Source: Octopus sinensis (taxonomy: Eukaryota). Taken from it: a stretch of 64,000 nucleotides of DNA. The translations under genes and the position numbers were made by a program. The first letter of the stretch is position 1. Each line of letters starts with the position of its first letter. The stretch covers positions 120,032,001-120,096,000 of the forward strand of contig NC_042997.1 of the NCBI RefSeq assembly GCF_006345805.1. Direction: 5' to 3'. A model generated the notes under the pieces. That model was given only the letters and a program-made list of their open reading frames with translations, did not search any database and was not told where the DNA came from. This document shows positions 26,131 to 39,189 of the stretch, piece after piece.

Positions 26131-27210
26131 GCGTTCGAATGTACTTGTGGATTTCAGTATTCCCTGAGTTCTAATTTAAAAAAAAAATGAATGTAGAGGG
26201 CACGGTAGGACGCATATGAAGGACGTTTTATTTGACTATATTGAAGCATGGTTCATAAAATTTAAAATTTTAAATTATGAAATTACTTATTATGTTTTAA
26301 GAGGAGCATCGATGCATTGATATTCATTATCATCTCAAGCAGTAACGTAAAACTTTGAGAAACAAGACACAAGGCGCCTGTCGAAATCCTGCAATCTGAG
26401 AAGTTGCAGCTCCCTATCGTTTCGATATTTCATCTAAATAGATTTAACTATGAAAGCATAGCTTAACTCTATTATGAGAAAGTACAGTTCAGCAGAATTT
26501 TAAAAAACAGTTGTTTATATTAGGTAATATCGTAGGCAAGTATTTTTATTTCTTTATATATATCTAACTCAATTTCAGTACATGCACACACACACACAGA
26601 CACACCCACACACATATATTGTCTTCTTGCAATGGATTTAGATAAAGCATCATCACTGAAAATTAAAATTTTTCTGAGTTTACGTCAATACATTTTAGCC
26701 CGATTCTGTTAGTAGTAAATTTCAAAATGTCGTTTAAGCTGGACCTATTAATATAAATATCTATATTTTTACACATAAAAAAAACTATCGTATATTGCAT
26801 TTCATGTATGAAACATAAATGATGAGTCTAATATGTTTATCTGCATAATTGCCTGTATACCCGCTCAACTCACACACATACGTCAACAAATACGTCAAAG
26901 AAATCGGAATTGACATGAGAGCAGAGCAAGCCACAAACACTGCTCTGCCGTGGACAGTTAAGATTTTTAAGATTGTTACTTGGATATCGAATGTCTCCGA
27001 CGATACTTAACAAGCAAATATCACATCTTATAATGAGCGGATAGAGAACCTGTGAGACCTCTGACAGCAGGCTGCTGCTCGCTCTCAGAGAATCTACCAG
27101 AACTCACAAGACCGAACTTTCGGAGAATTAAAACAACGACAACAGCAACAACATCATCATCATCAACAACAACAAAAACAACAACAACAATAATAAAAAT
27201 AATAAAAATC

Positions 27211-27385
27211 ATTTCTATTATAGGCACATGGCCTGAAATTTTTGGGAGGGGGTAGCCGATTTCGTCGACCCCTGTACTCAACAACTGGTACTTAACTTAT
27301 CGACCCCGAAATGATGAAAGGTAATCTGGATCTAGAACTTAGCGGCGGGCGAAATACCGCTAAGAATATCGCCAGGCGTGCTGAT
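27211..27385 (-). mobile_element. SINE family C remnant with internal deletion
   Basis: actggtacttaacttatcgaccccgaaatgatgaaagg and gaaataccgctaag match the family C copies. Confidence 0.7.
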
Positions 27386-28780
27386 AATAATAATAATAAT
27401 ATTAATAATGATAATAATAATACAGGTCAATTATTAGCACTGGTACCTAGTATTTCAATATTTCAGGGTTGGGACTCCTTGTTCAACAAATTTATGGAAA
27501 AAAGATCTTCATAGTTGTTTTCTCAGCTCTGTAATGTGCGTGTATGAAATGTGTTGCGCTGCAAGAGTAACCGGTGTGCTACGTGCAGTTCAAATTTCTT
27601 ATTAATTCGCGTGGTGAGGTTGTTAATGAATTTAGCCACTGGTTATTACATACCTGAATCGAATAGAACGCAAAACACTTTACAGCTCCCATTCATGTGC
27701 ACTTTTCGTCAGATGTGTCGATAACATCCTCGTATTAACACCATCTCGGAGGTTTATAAAATAAAGAATGTTTAAAGACAATTTACACACTTATGATATT
27801 TGAAGTCGACCATCTGAATCACGCCGGGTCCCTATATCTGATTGATTTTAGTAATTAAATTGACAGAGAACGGTTACATCTTTATAATTATCAAAGGAAA
27901 AGTAGCATGCAGGGACCTATTTGTGCATTATAATTCTTCCCTGCCCACCAGGGGTAAGATGGCCTACATTGGAAATGAGATCCGCAATACACGCGATGTA
28001 TACAGCGAAGCAAGAAGCAAAAATACAGCCGGGATGTCATCACCAGTCCATCTTCAAAACCAAGGATAACATGTGTCTCAAACTCCCATATTTCAACGAT
28101 AAACAAGTACTACAAAACGCTGTGCGATATGTAAGGAGAGACTAGATATACAACTGGCACTCACTAGATCTTCATCGAGGTGCGGAAGCTATACGTCTGC
28201 GGTCCTACGTGGTGTCTAAATGAGGCGTAGCAAAAAGATTGAAGTCGACATCGGAAGTATCATGGCACAATTCTCAAATAACACTTTTATGCTAATGCTT
28301 CCGTGAAAAACCAGAAACGTGTCATTTACAGGATCTTCAAGTTTTTAAAGAAGCTAAAAACATGGGCATGGGAAACTTCAGGCTAAAATTGGCTTTTTAA
28401 TAAGCAGGAATACGAATAAATAATAGAGATGAGATTGAACACGATAACTCAAAATAACCCTTCCGACACACGCTATAGTGTGTCTGAAGGTTACACACGC
28501 TATAGTGCCAAAAAGTGGCTACACAGCCAAAATATTTCCCAAAGAAGGTGTCATAACAACAACGATTGATATATCAGTTATCTTATCATCCGCTTATATA
28601 ACTTGCATTGTTTTGGCTTTAAAATATATTTAAAAATATATACAGTATATATATATATATATACATCAGGCAATGATTCATGGAAACTATATCAGATATA
28701 TAGATGCAAATATGTGTACGCGCACGCAGAAGTGTGTAAGGATGTGTGCACATGTGTATGTGTAAATATGTCTGCATGTA

Positions 28781-29220
28781 TTCTTTTATTTTTCTATTGT
28801 ACTTGTTTCAGTCATTTGACAGGGGCCATGCTAGGGCACCACCTTTTAATCGAAGTCAATCCCTGAACTTATTCTTTGTAAGCCTGGTACTTATTCTATC
28901 TGACACTTCTACCGAAACGCTTGGTTACGGGGGCCATAAACACGCCAAAATCGGTTGTCAAGCGATGGTTGGGAGGATAATAACAGACACAAAGACCCTC
29001 CACACACACACACAACACACACACACACATATACGCTCACACACACACACACACGAACACACACATACACACACATATGTATAAAATATACGACGCCCTT
29101 TTTCTGCTTCGGTGTACCAAATCCACTCACAAGGCTTTGGTCGGCCCGAGGCTGAAGTGGAGGACACTTGCCCAAAGTTCCACGGAATAGGACTGAACCT
29201 GAACACGGAACCACGTTGTT
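28781..29220 (-). mobile_element. SINE family A, 5'-truncated
   Basis: Aligns with 5932-6304 and 32028-32425. Confidence 0.85.
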
Positions 29221-30416
29221 CCGAAAAATATTAAAATCTTGCGAAGTCTCAATATCTGAATATATGTTTTACGTGTGCGTAAGTCTGTACGCACCTTTGC
29301 TTAAGTGAAATATATCCTCGTCGGAAACATCAATATAAAATTCTGAATAGTAAATATGTTTCTTTCTCGTAGTATCTAAACCATGATTCAATCCTACGAT
29401 GGAACAGAAGTTTTAATGTTTCTGACATGTAGTCGACAATAACGCATTCTTATTAAACAACCTATGCCGCTTCTTGTTTAAATTCTCTCCACATCCATAT
29501 ATGTAATCCATTGCAGTGGTATTTATCAGTAATATCGTTTGATATTGAAGCTTAAAATAGATTTATCGATATTCTATGTCTGCAAAATAACAAACACAAT
29601 CATCGGTAAAGGACGCTGACTAACAACGTAATAAAACCATAAATGTATTTACATCATTCACAAGAACGAACCGGATTGTGGTGTGATTCAATTACTGCTT
29701 GAGAACAGCTACAGGTGTAAATATTCTCGGGATCTGTCGCCGCATTCTGCATTGGGAATTTTTATTAACATTACCTGTTAAGTGTATAAGGTCTCAATAT
29801 AGTTCGTATTTCACGCGACTTTGCAGTTGTATTGAAAGCAATTTGCTTGTGGTAAAACTGCATATTAAGTTAGAAATCATTTATAACACATCTCGAGTCA
29901 TTCCATATTATCTCGCATCAAATTTCATGGTTGTTTTACTGTTTTCAGAAACGATGTTTCCTATTTTGCCCAAATCACTTTTGATGTTTCTGCAAACAGA
30001 ACGAATCAAACAACAATTGTAACGCATGTGCATGTAACATGGATTTTTAATCAAATGTCTTTTGAGAGGTATAAACACAGGGTTCATATGGAGAGCGTTG
30101 TACAAAATATGACACAAGTCCTCTTACATGGTTCCGACTGATATTTGATGGATACTTTTTATGACCTGATATGTTTCATAGAAATGATATACCTATAATT
30201 ATGGTGCAAATGTTAGAAGTCTTATAAGAAGTAAAATACACTTTCAAACAAAATTACATCACTGCAAACACACCAAGAAAACATGATGCATTACAGTTCA
30301 GTGCAGGTATCTTGAATTACATAACGAATTGTATTACTATGCAATGAAACTTTGTTTTTGTTCAGAAGTAGCACACATATCAAGCAATGATCCGAATGTT
30401 TTCCGAAAATTTAACT

Positions 30417-30450
<34 letters not shown>

Positions 30451-30468
30451 CTGTATATATATATTTAA

Positions 30469-30512
<44 letters not shown>

Positions 30513-30601
30513 TATATAACTGTATATATAACTGTATATATATATTTAACTGTGTATATATATATATAATATATATATAACTGTATATATATATATTTAA
30601 C

Positions 30602-30698
<97 letters not shown>

Positions 30699-31479
30699 CA
30701 AGCATATAAATACATGTAAATATATATATATAATATAATTATTACAGATAGTGTAAATATATATGTATAAATGCATATAAATAAGTGTATACACAAACCA
30801 CACACACACACAGCACACACATAGACGTTAACACACGCGCAGACAGAAAGGCAGACATACACGTATGAAGTTTACTTACAAACGTGCATACATATACGTA
30901 TATACATATGTATATATATATGTGTATATGTATGTATGAATGTACATATGTGTGTCTATGTATATAAATAATTCACCAATTTAGGTTCGGGATAGCGACA
31001 CTAATAACATGGTATAGAAGTCAATACATGTTGCATCAGAAGACGAAGTTAGATGTATATAAAATTATAAGATCAAAGATATGATGCGAGAAAAGAAGTA
31101 GTCTAATAATTAACTTCCCGCGTACTATAAGCTGCAGCTGTTCCTACTATAAGGTGTGGTCGAATCTTACTCGAGTGCCCTATAGCTCCATCGAAACCAA
31201 AAATAGTAGGTGCACTTTATATGGGAAAACTATATTTTCAGAATATAAAGCCGTTACGTGTGGATACATATAAATCTATGTATGTATCAATGTGTACATA
31301 ATTGAAATATTCTAGTTTATACTTACCAACCATAGACCGAAACCACAGTTTTATCCAAACCTACCTGCTGCATATCCTGTAAAGTACCTGATTTCATATA
31401 AATATTATTTTCCTATTTATCACACACACAGACATACACAAAAAAAACATGTGGCAAAGCTCTAAATAGCTGTACACCC

Positions 31480-31760
31480 TTAACACCAAACTACTGCTGA
31501 ACACGGTCCTCAATATAAGCAGGATATATGGGATCATTGCAACATTGCTTTGACGTCCAATTCAGGGATTGATATAGCTCTCGATAACGAAGTTTAGAGT
31601 CAACATCTCCAGGATCCTCCATAGGCATATTACTGCATACGTGTGCGCATCTCTTCCCTTCAGGATGTAGAGCTGTAGCTCTTTCAGCCTATCCCACTAT
31701 CTCAGCTGTTTGTTGATGCATTCTTCCCAGTATCTATATGGAGCTAAATTTAAATATATG
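31480..31760 (-). mobile_element. CR1-like LINE 3' fragment
   Basis: QLR*WDRLKELQLYILKGRDAHTYAVICLWRILE resembles YWERLK.L.LYSL.RRRERYA.IY.WKILE. Confidence 0.7.
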
Positions 31761-32027
31761 TCAGTTCATAGAGAGACAAGTGGTTTCGCAACCTTACAGT
31801 GCTTAGCATTATAGATGGTTCTTCAGGCTGTAATGGCTACGAAGGTAACTTTTCTTCAAGAGACGTTTATATATCCATATCAGTTAGCGCCTATTTTTTT
31901 AATAATTTTCTTGGTGTATTGCGTGTTCCTGTTTCTATTTTAAATTTATCAATTATGCATCTTCTATATAAAAGAAAGCTAGATCCTTTAATTAAGTGCC
32001 TTTCTTTACACGAATAGTGAACATACA

Positions 32028-32425
32028 GGAGTGGCTGTGTGGTAAGTAGCTTGCTAACCAACCACATGGTTCCGGGTTCAGTCTCACTGCGTGGCATCTT
32101 GTGCAAGTGTCTTCTGCTTTAGCCTCGGTCCGACCAATGCCTTGTGAGTGGATTTGGTAGACGGAAACTGAAAGAAGCCTGTCGTATATATGTATATATA
32201 TGTATGTGTGTGTTTGTGTGTCTGTGTTTGTTCCCCAAGCATTGCTTGACAACCGATGCTGGTGTGTTTACCTCTCCGTCACTTAGAGGTTCGGCAAAAA
32301 GGGACCGATAGAATAAGTACTGGGCTTACAAAGAACAAGTCCCGGGGTCGGTTTTCTCGACTATAGGCTGTGCTCCAGCATGGCCGCAGTCAAATGACTG
32401 AAACAAGTAAAAGAGTAAAAGAGTA
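32028..32425 (+). mobile_element. Full-length tRNA-headed SINE family A
   Basis: Head ggagtggctgtgtggtaag (box-A-like) and gggttcagtctc (box-B-like), internal TA/TG tract, tail (gtaaaaga)n. Confidence 0.9.
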
Positions 32426-32824
32426 TACACTCTGGAACTGTTTATTTTAACGAGTTATATCTATTTATCATCTGAAGAAACACATATATAACGTCAGATG
32501 CTTCTGAATCAGTTGTTAAGTATCCCACCGCCATGAGGGATCAAGGTTATATGAGTAGCAACAATTGTAGTGATTAATAAAAAATACACGCATCTTTCAT
32601 CTTTAGTCAATCATTTAACATATACTATTTTTAAAAAAAGTGGCTCATACTACACACAAACACATAAGCACATACACATACACACAAACAGAAGAATGTC
32701 TGTTATACTGGTTGTTTAAATAGCAAAAGAATTTTTCTTACAAGTATACGTACCAAAAAATATATACAGAAAGGATAAACAAATATAAAAATTATATATA
32801 TATATATATATAAGAGAGAGGGAG

Positions 32825-32883
<59 letters not shown>

Positions 32884-33221
32884 TTCAAATGAATATGGTA
32901 CTTAAGCTAGATGCACCAGAATTTTGTATGGTGTTATCCATATAAATCCATGGGGTGATTATAATCAAAATAAGCAACAAGAATATATTCGGTAATTTGG
33001 TATGATCGGTTCACGCTACATCATTTTATTAAACATTGTAGGTATTACAACATTTTTTAAATGTTGAACAATCACCAGCCATTTATAGAGGTTTTCCATC
33101 AATACATAAACTTATTTTCTTGTTAATTGATAACGATATAAAGAGGGTAGATATATAGACAAAGATGTTGATTTGAAAGTTTAGAACATTGAGGTAATAG
33201 AATCTATCTTCTGATAATATT

Positions 33222-33253
<32 letters not shown>

Positions 33254-33259
<6 letters not shown>

Positions 33260-33457
33260 ACCTCGTGTGTACAGTTGGCGATTTTTTTCCTCTGTCTTCC
33301 CTTCTTTGGATCTTTCCTTCTCCTATGTTTCCGACGAAGAGCTCCGCTCGAAACGTTGAACCCTCCTTCTTTCCTTCTTTCCTGAGCGTCCAATAATACT
33401 ATATTTGTTCCACGTCCACGCGTTGTTGTGTTTTTGTTTTGCTTTCTTGTTTGGATT
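33254..33457 (+). mobile_element. 5' pseudo-LTR of a Penelope-like element, with a mutated hammerhead at 33327-33361
   Basis: Homologous to 22866-23065. The core reads CCGACGA (U4 to C) A GAGC-UCC-GCUC GAAA CGUU GAAC. It lies upstream of, and in the same orientation as, a PLE ORF remnant. Confidence 0.8.
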
Positions 33458-33464
33458 AACTCTC

Positions 33465-33520
<56 letters not shown>

Positions 33521-33585
33521 CATATATATATACATGCATACATACGTTGATATATATATATATATATATAATATATATATATATT

Positions 33586-33654
<69 letters not shown>

Positions 33655-33659
33655 ATGTA

Positions 33660-34720
33660 TGTATATTATTTCCGTGGTCGTTATACATTGCTAGAACCTC
33701 CAGACATCTAAAAACATATGCAGACATAACCTCCGACTCATCGCAAATACAGATTAGAAATCTGTACTCTACAATACCAAACCTTCGTACGACGTTGAAC
33801 AAACGCACAGAATATAAGCAGCAGCCGCCAACCAAGCATTCTAGAGGAAAGAACACATGGAGAGAAAGACAAGCAAAATACAGACAACCATTAACTCATA
33901 ATAATGGACGACCTGGAGGGATGAAACATGGGAAGAAAGACAAGTGAAGAACAGACAACGCAGAGTCTATAATATAAGAAAATCATAATGAAAACTCAAG
34001 AAATCCACGACATATGACCACCAATCTTACACAGTCCAAGAAACGTAGGAGATTGGAATAAGACAACTACTATGGACAAGGAAATATGTACAGACATCAT
34101 GAAGCGTTCCCTCCCTGACAAGGAAGCCTGAACCTCAGAAATAGAAATTGGAGACATAACGATACAACCCCTTTTTAGGGAGAAAATACTACAATCGCGC
34201 TCAGGACTCGATACAACACATGTTCCTAATGAACCCACATAACATATAGACGCATAAATGATAAATTTATCAAATAGAGAACTCAACGAAAATGAAATGA
34301 GTCTCCTGCTAAAAGGTTTCAGTTTACCCCGACGCCCACTCCCAATCTAATAGAACTAAAAACCGATATTGAAAACTTCAGCCGTCACATCGGTTTTATA
34401 GAATTCTTCGACAAGTAAGTAGAAGACAAATCAATAGTAAGAAAATATATCGTTTCAGCCCTTCCGAAGGGGCGATAGGCACCTTGATACATATATAGAA
34501 ATAATTTAGAAACCTTGATACATATATAGAAACAATATAGAAACCTTGATACATATATAGAAACAATATAGAAACCTTGATACATATATAGAAACAATCT
34601 CAAATTCCCGCAGAACCTTAATAAAAGAGAAAAGGAAGTTTAATAAAGACTAAAGAACGACAATTCAATCATCATAAAGGAAGCTGACAAGGGTGGGGCG
34701 ATAGTAAACATGGACACAGA
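33660..34720 (+). mobile_element. Penelope-like element, degenerate 5' part of ORF (3'-truncated)
   Basis: INLSNRELNENEMSLLLKG, LDTYIE, QNLNKREKE and NDNSIIIKEADKGGAIVNMD are typical of the PLE region preceding the RT core. Confidence 0.85.
34481..34598. repeat. 31-bp tandem repeat, about 3.8 copies, inside the PLE ORF
   Basis: accttgatacatatatagaaa(t/c)aat(t/a)tagaa starts at 34481, 34512, 34543 and 34574. Confidence 0.95.
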
Positions 34721-36495
34721 GATGGAGACAGACAGGTACAAACAGACATGTGTATATACAAACTTATGACCGTGTGTACGTGTGTGTCTATACATAATCT
34801 GGCCAATGTGGTCATCCTGTTTTAACAGGGCATAAATCACTATCGAAGCAATTAACCATTAGCTGCATATTGGGCAGCTCTCTGAATATAACTCCTCAGC
34901 TTTTCTCAGATCTGACTGCCAACAGTATGAGCATTATCTGAACGGCTACATAAATAAAAAGTCAGTCATAGTGGTACAAAGAGAGATGTACATTTAGGCT
35001 GAGTGATACAATTTGTATAATGTAGCGATGACTATATAGAATACATTACATGAATTGATGATCTGAAGAGAAAGAGATATACCAATTTTATATTAGTCCG
35101 GGTCTGCACAACTGCAGCTTTGTTGTGTAAGAAGTAAAACGGTTGATTCGACATAAGGGTCACTTTGATTTTAGACAAAGAGTCTTTAAAAGTGTGCAAA
35201 CTATTTTGTATGGTTAGGTTCTTTTCATAGCAAACAAAACCACTAAATCTGATCAAATGCTTCTTAAGATATTGAATATCGCATAAAAGCGCGTTAAATT
35301 GGCTACACTGCCCACCTCACTGCTGGTTAACTTTGGAGTCTGATAATACCAACTTTAATTATTGCTACGATACAATTCACTTGGCATTCAGCCATTGACA
35401 AAAGAGTGAAATTTGCCGGAAATAATGTAATAATCCGATACAACTAGGTTGAAAGTCCACTGGTGTTTTTTAACTGCAGTGTTAGCAGATCTATTGAAAT
35501 AATATTATGCACGTAGAAATCTTCAAAATGTGTGCTGCGTCTAACCTCAAGATCCTGAAGGGTGCAAGTTTAGTTAATTTAAAATGTGGTAACATGCCAA
35601 ATTCAATATGTTGTAGTAAAGTTCAAGTGTAATCACTGTCGCTCTGAATGTCTATTATTTCGAGTGCAAGAAAATAAGTACCTATAATTGAACAGAATCT
35701 AAATTTTACCCACACTTAATGTTATTAAGTTATGTTGACTGAAATGAATCCAAACTTTATAATTAATGAAAAAGTACGTAATACCTAACACTAGATAACA
35801 CAATAGGCCAAGTTATAAACCTGATTTCCTGTCACGAGTGGAGTCATTTCTTGACATTCATATTAAGAAAACCATTATACAAATATATTGCCTGAATACA
35901 AAATTATATTCCCGAATCATGACGGAAGAGTGCAATCATATGTTAATTACAGCACAGCCATTATTACTCCAGCACGATTTGTCAGACGTGGATATCAAAT
36001 ATCCTTCTGTTTGTTTTGCTATTTTACATCTTTACGATACAGATCAAAATATACTTATTCTGTCCTCTTCTGTTTCCGAAGACAAGACACTAAATTATCC
36101 ATCTCAATGTTCCTCTTGCTGACAATGAATAACTTAGCGTCGTATAATTTCATCGCAAATAGGTTCGAATATTTCAATGAGTTTTACGTAAGATTTGATA
36201 AACACGATTTCTGTTAGCATATATATATCTACATTGACGGTGTTTATTGTAGATATATAGACACCGAAATAGTAACTCCGATTTCAAACATCAAATCATC
36301 GCGGCAGGACGAATATATTAGATTATCATCAATGTTTTTAGATGAATCTCTGTTAACAATCAACACCCACCCCATTAAAACAAAGTATTTATCTATGTAC
36401 TTATCTATCATATGCCTTGTCATGCTATTTATCAATCTATTTATCTCTCTTTACCTCCCTTACTTCTGTCTCTGTCTCTATTTCTCTCTCTCTCT

Positions 36496-36537
<42 letters not shown>

Positions 36538-38494
36538 CCCTGACTTTCTGCCTCTTCCTCTTTCTCTCTTTAAATTCCAAAACAGTGAACGTTCTGATTT
36601 TCTCTATAAATACGTTTATATTTTTTGATATATAACAGAAATACTGAAGAACTTTAGCAGAGATTGCAAATGCTGTTTTGCATTGACAATATCGAAAACT
36701 GAATTTTCTGTTTGTCGTTATAAACGTGTGGCTCGCAGGACACAACTAAGTGACTCACAAAATTTCGTTGCTTTCCGTTAACGATGTGAAATGGAAAATA
36801 TTATTTATTACTAGGATTACTAGCATCGTTGCTATATTGTATGATTTGTATAAAATTTTATCTATGCTGTAGCAATAAAAAGCAAAAATATACCTCTAAA
36901 CTGGGGAAAAATAGCTTCAAGTTTCGTAATTATTGACCCATGCATATATATGCCTACTACAAAAAGAGAAGTTACAAAAACTCCGCAGGTACATTTGCTT
37001 CTTTTAATAACAAAGAACGAAATCATTTACGATCATATCGTCCCTACTAACTTAAATATAGCAGATTCCTTGCGAAATTTAGCTGTAGGTGTAAATATTT
37101 AGAAGTGAAATGTTTGAAATGCAAAGCTGTTGAATATACGATAAAATATTTCTTCACAATGAAAGTATGTTAAAATATTTTTTCCTGAATATGCAGATCA
37201 TATTTGATTTGTTTCTCCTTATCTTTGGAGTTTTATATCTTATAGTTTTTAACTGCGTATTGTTAGGATTTTTTTGCGTATGCAAAATTATTTCATAGTT
37301 CTTGACATTGCGATACTTAACCAGACGGTAACACTTTCCCTTGATTACAGAAAAAGATGGAGAGAGAAGCGTCGGAGACTGTGAGGTACAGGGAATGTAG
37401 TTGCAACGATTTCACGTGATTAGTTGGTGGGAAAGAGTGCAGAAAGAGAAAGGAGAGAGAAAAAGAGGATACAGCGAAGAGTGAGGCAGAAAGACGGAGA
37501 GAAAAATTGAAGGAGAGAGAAACGTCCATGACGTGAGGTAGGGGGAACGAAATAATTTTAGCTGAGTGATGATGTTCTGATGGAGTTGTTAAAATAAAGG
37601 CAGAGAGAGGAGAGAGGATGGTGAGGAGAGAGATGATTATGGTGGTGGTGACTGGATAGTGAAAAGTGTATTTTATAAAATTCATCTAAGTTTTTTACAT
37701 CACCTATCACTTAACGCAGGCGCATGCGTGCAATTCCATGAAATATTGACGCTTATTTACGTGGTAGATATATACAATTTAACTAAAGTTTGTAGCATAC
37801 GTACGGATATTTTGTTTATGCTTATGGGTAAAATGGAAAAATGACAGTGAATATATATTTTATGCATGCTGTGTATTAAGTCTATGAAATTGTGCATAAA
37901 TTATATAAAGTGCTTATTTAAATTGTCTTAAGTAATCATCGTATTCCAATTTCTTTCACTTTTCAATGAGTAGCAGATAAGCGACTATCTTTCCATACAG
38001 GCACAACACAGTCAACACTTTCAGGAATTTTGATAAAGTTTTCAGAAATAACCCAGTAGGTCTACCATTAATTCTATGAAATATTAACGGGTCTCGCTCG
38101 TATTTCATAATTTGATTTTCCTTCTTGCATGTACACGTGACTTTCATAGCATTGTATATTAATTTGTTATACATCATCTTCCCTTTCCTAAATAGTAAAG
38201 CCAAATTCTTAATTACGAATAACGTTTCTATTATAAGCAAAATCATTTGTTTGTTTTTTTCTTGAATCAGAATACGTTGAGATTTTCACGTAATGCCAAT
38301 GTTATATATTTTACATTTTCTCATGTTCGGTTATTTATAATTGCTACCTATAAAGAAAACACTGCCAAATAGCATCACGTAACGTCACATTAAGCGTCAT
38401 TTTTCGTTTTCCCTTTCGATTTCAGACTTCTTTTTACACATACCTGTATGTATGTCTTTATATCTGTTTATCTATCTATCTATCTATCTATCTA

Positions 38495-38545
<51 letters not shown>

Positions 38546-38667
38546 ATATATATATATCTATCCGTCTGTCTCTCTATACATATTTGTGTATGTGCATGTA
38601 TGCATGAGTGTGTTTCTATAGATGAGTTTGTTTGTATATATATATATAACATCGTAGATTTCGTCTT

Positions 38668-38756
38668 GGTATATGTTTGGCTGATGAAGGTAAAACAAAA
38701 TATGGGTGAGAGACATATCTTGTAAAACCTGAAACCTGCAGGTACCACATTATCCT
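38668..38756 (+). ncRNA. Type I hammerhead ribozyme, copy 1 (predicted cleavage after 38744)
   Basis: UGG CUGAUGA (38681-87); stem II AGGU..ACAA.AUAUG/CAUAU.UUGU..ACCU; GAAA (38731-34); palindromic stem III ACCUGCAGGU; GUA triplet; CCA pairs with UGG, then CAU pairs with AUG. Confidence 0.85.
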
Positions 38757-39100
38757 TTTCCGGGTGTTTCATCTTTCAGATGTTCTCCCTGGAGGTAAGA
38801 CGGGTTTTTTTTCTCTAATTTGTTGCACACACGCATTTTTGCTAATACATACGCGGTGAAGCTACACATTAGCGTCGTATTTTTACGTTCGCTATTTCCA
38901 GTAAATATCGGTACATAGTTGTGCCATTTATTTACTAATTTGTGTATTTTTCCCTCACGGGCTACTTTTTACTGGAAGGCAATACTTTGTATTGCATTAC
39001 TGATATTTTGAAACTTCTTCACCGTTTCTCGTACTGTTAGCGTTCCGCATTTCAGTCGAGTGTGTTAGTATTAATGTGGTAACATCGTAGATTTCGTCTT

Positions 39101-39189
39101 GGTATATGTTTGGCTGATGAAGGTAAAACAAAATATGGGTGAGAGACATATCTTGTAAAACCTGAAACCTGCAGGTACCACATTATCCT
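39101..39189 (+). ncRNA. Type I hammerhead ribozyme, copy 2 (predicted cleavage after 39177)
   Basis: Identical to copy 1. CUGAUGA at 39114-39120 and GUA at 39175-39177. Confidence 0.85.

Noticed and set aside
27780-28400. GC-richer stretch with short ORFs on both strands
   Set aside because: No motif I recognise, and no consistent frame or splice signals.
31765-31835. Minus-strand CUGAAGA...GAAACCACUUGUC as a hammerhead
   Set aside because: Stem II does not close next to the core, stem I does not pair, and there is no second copy for support.
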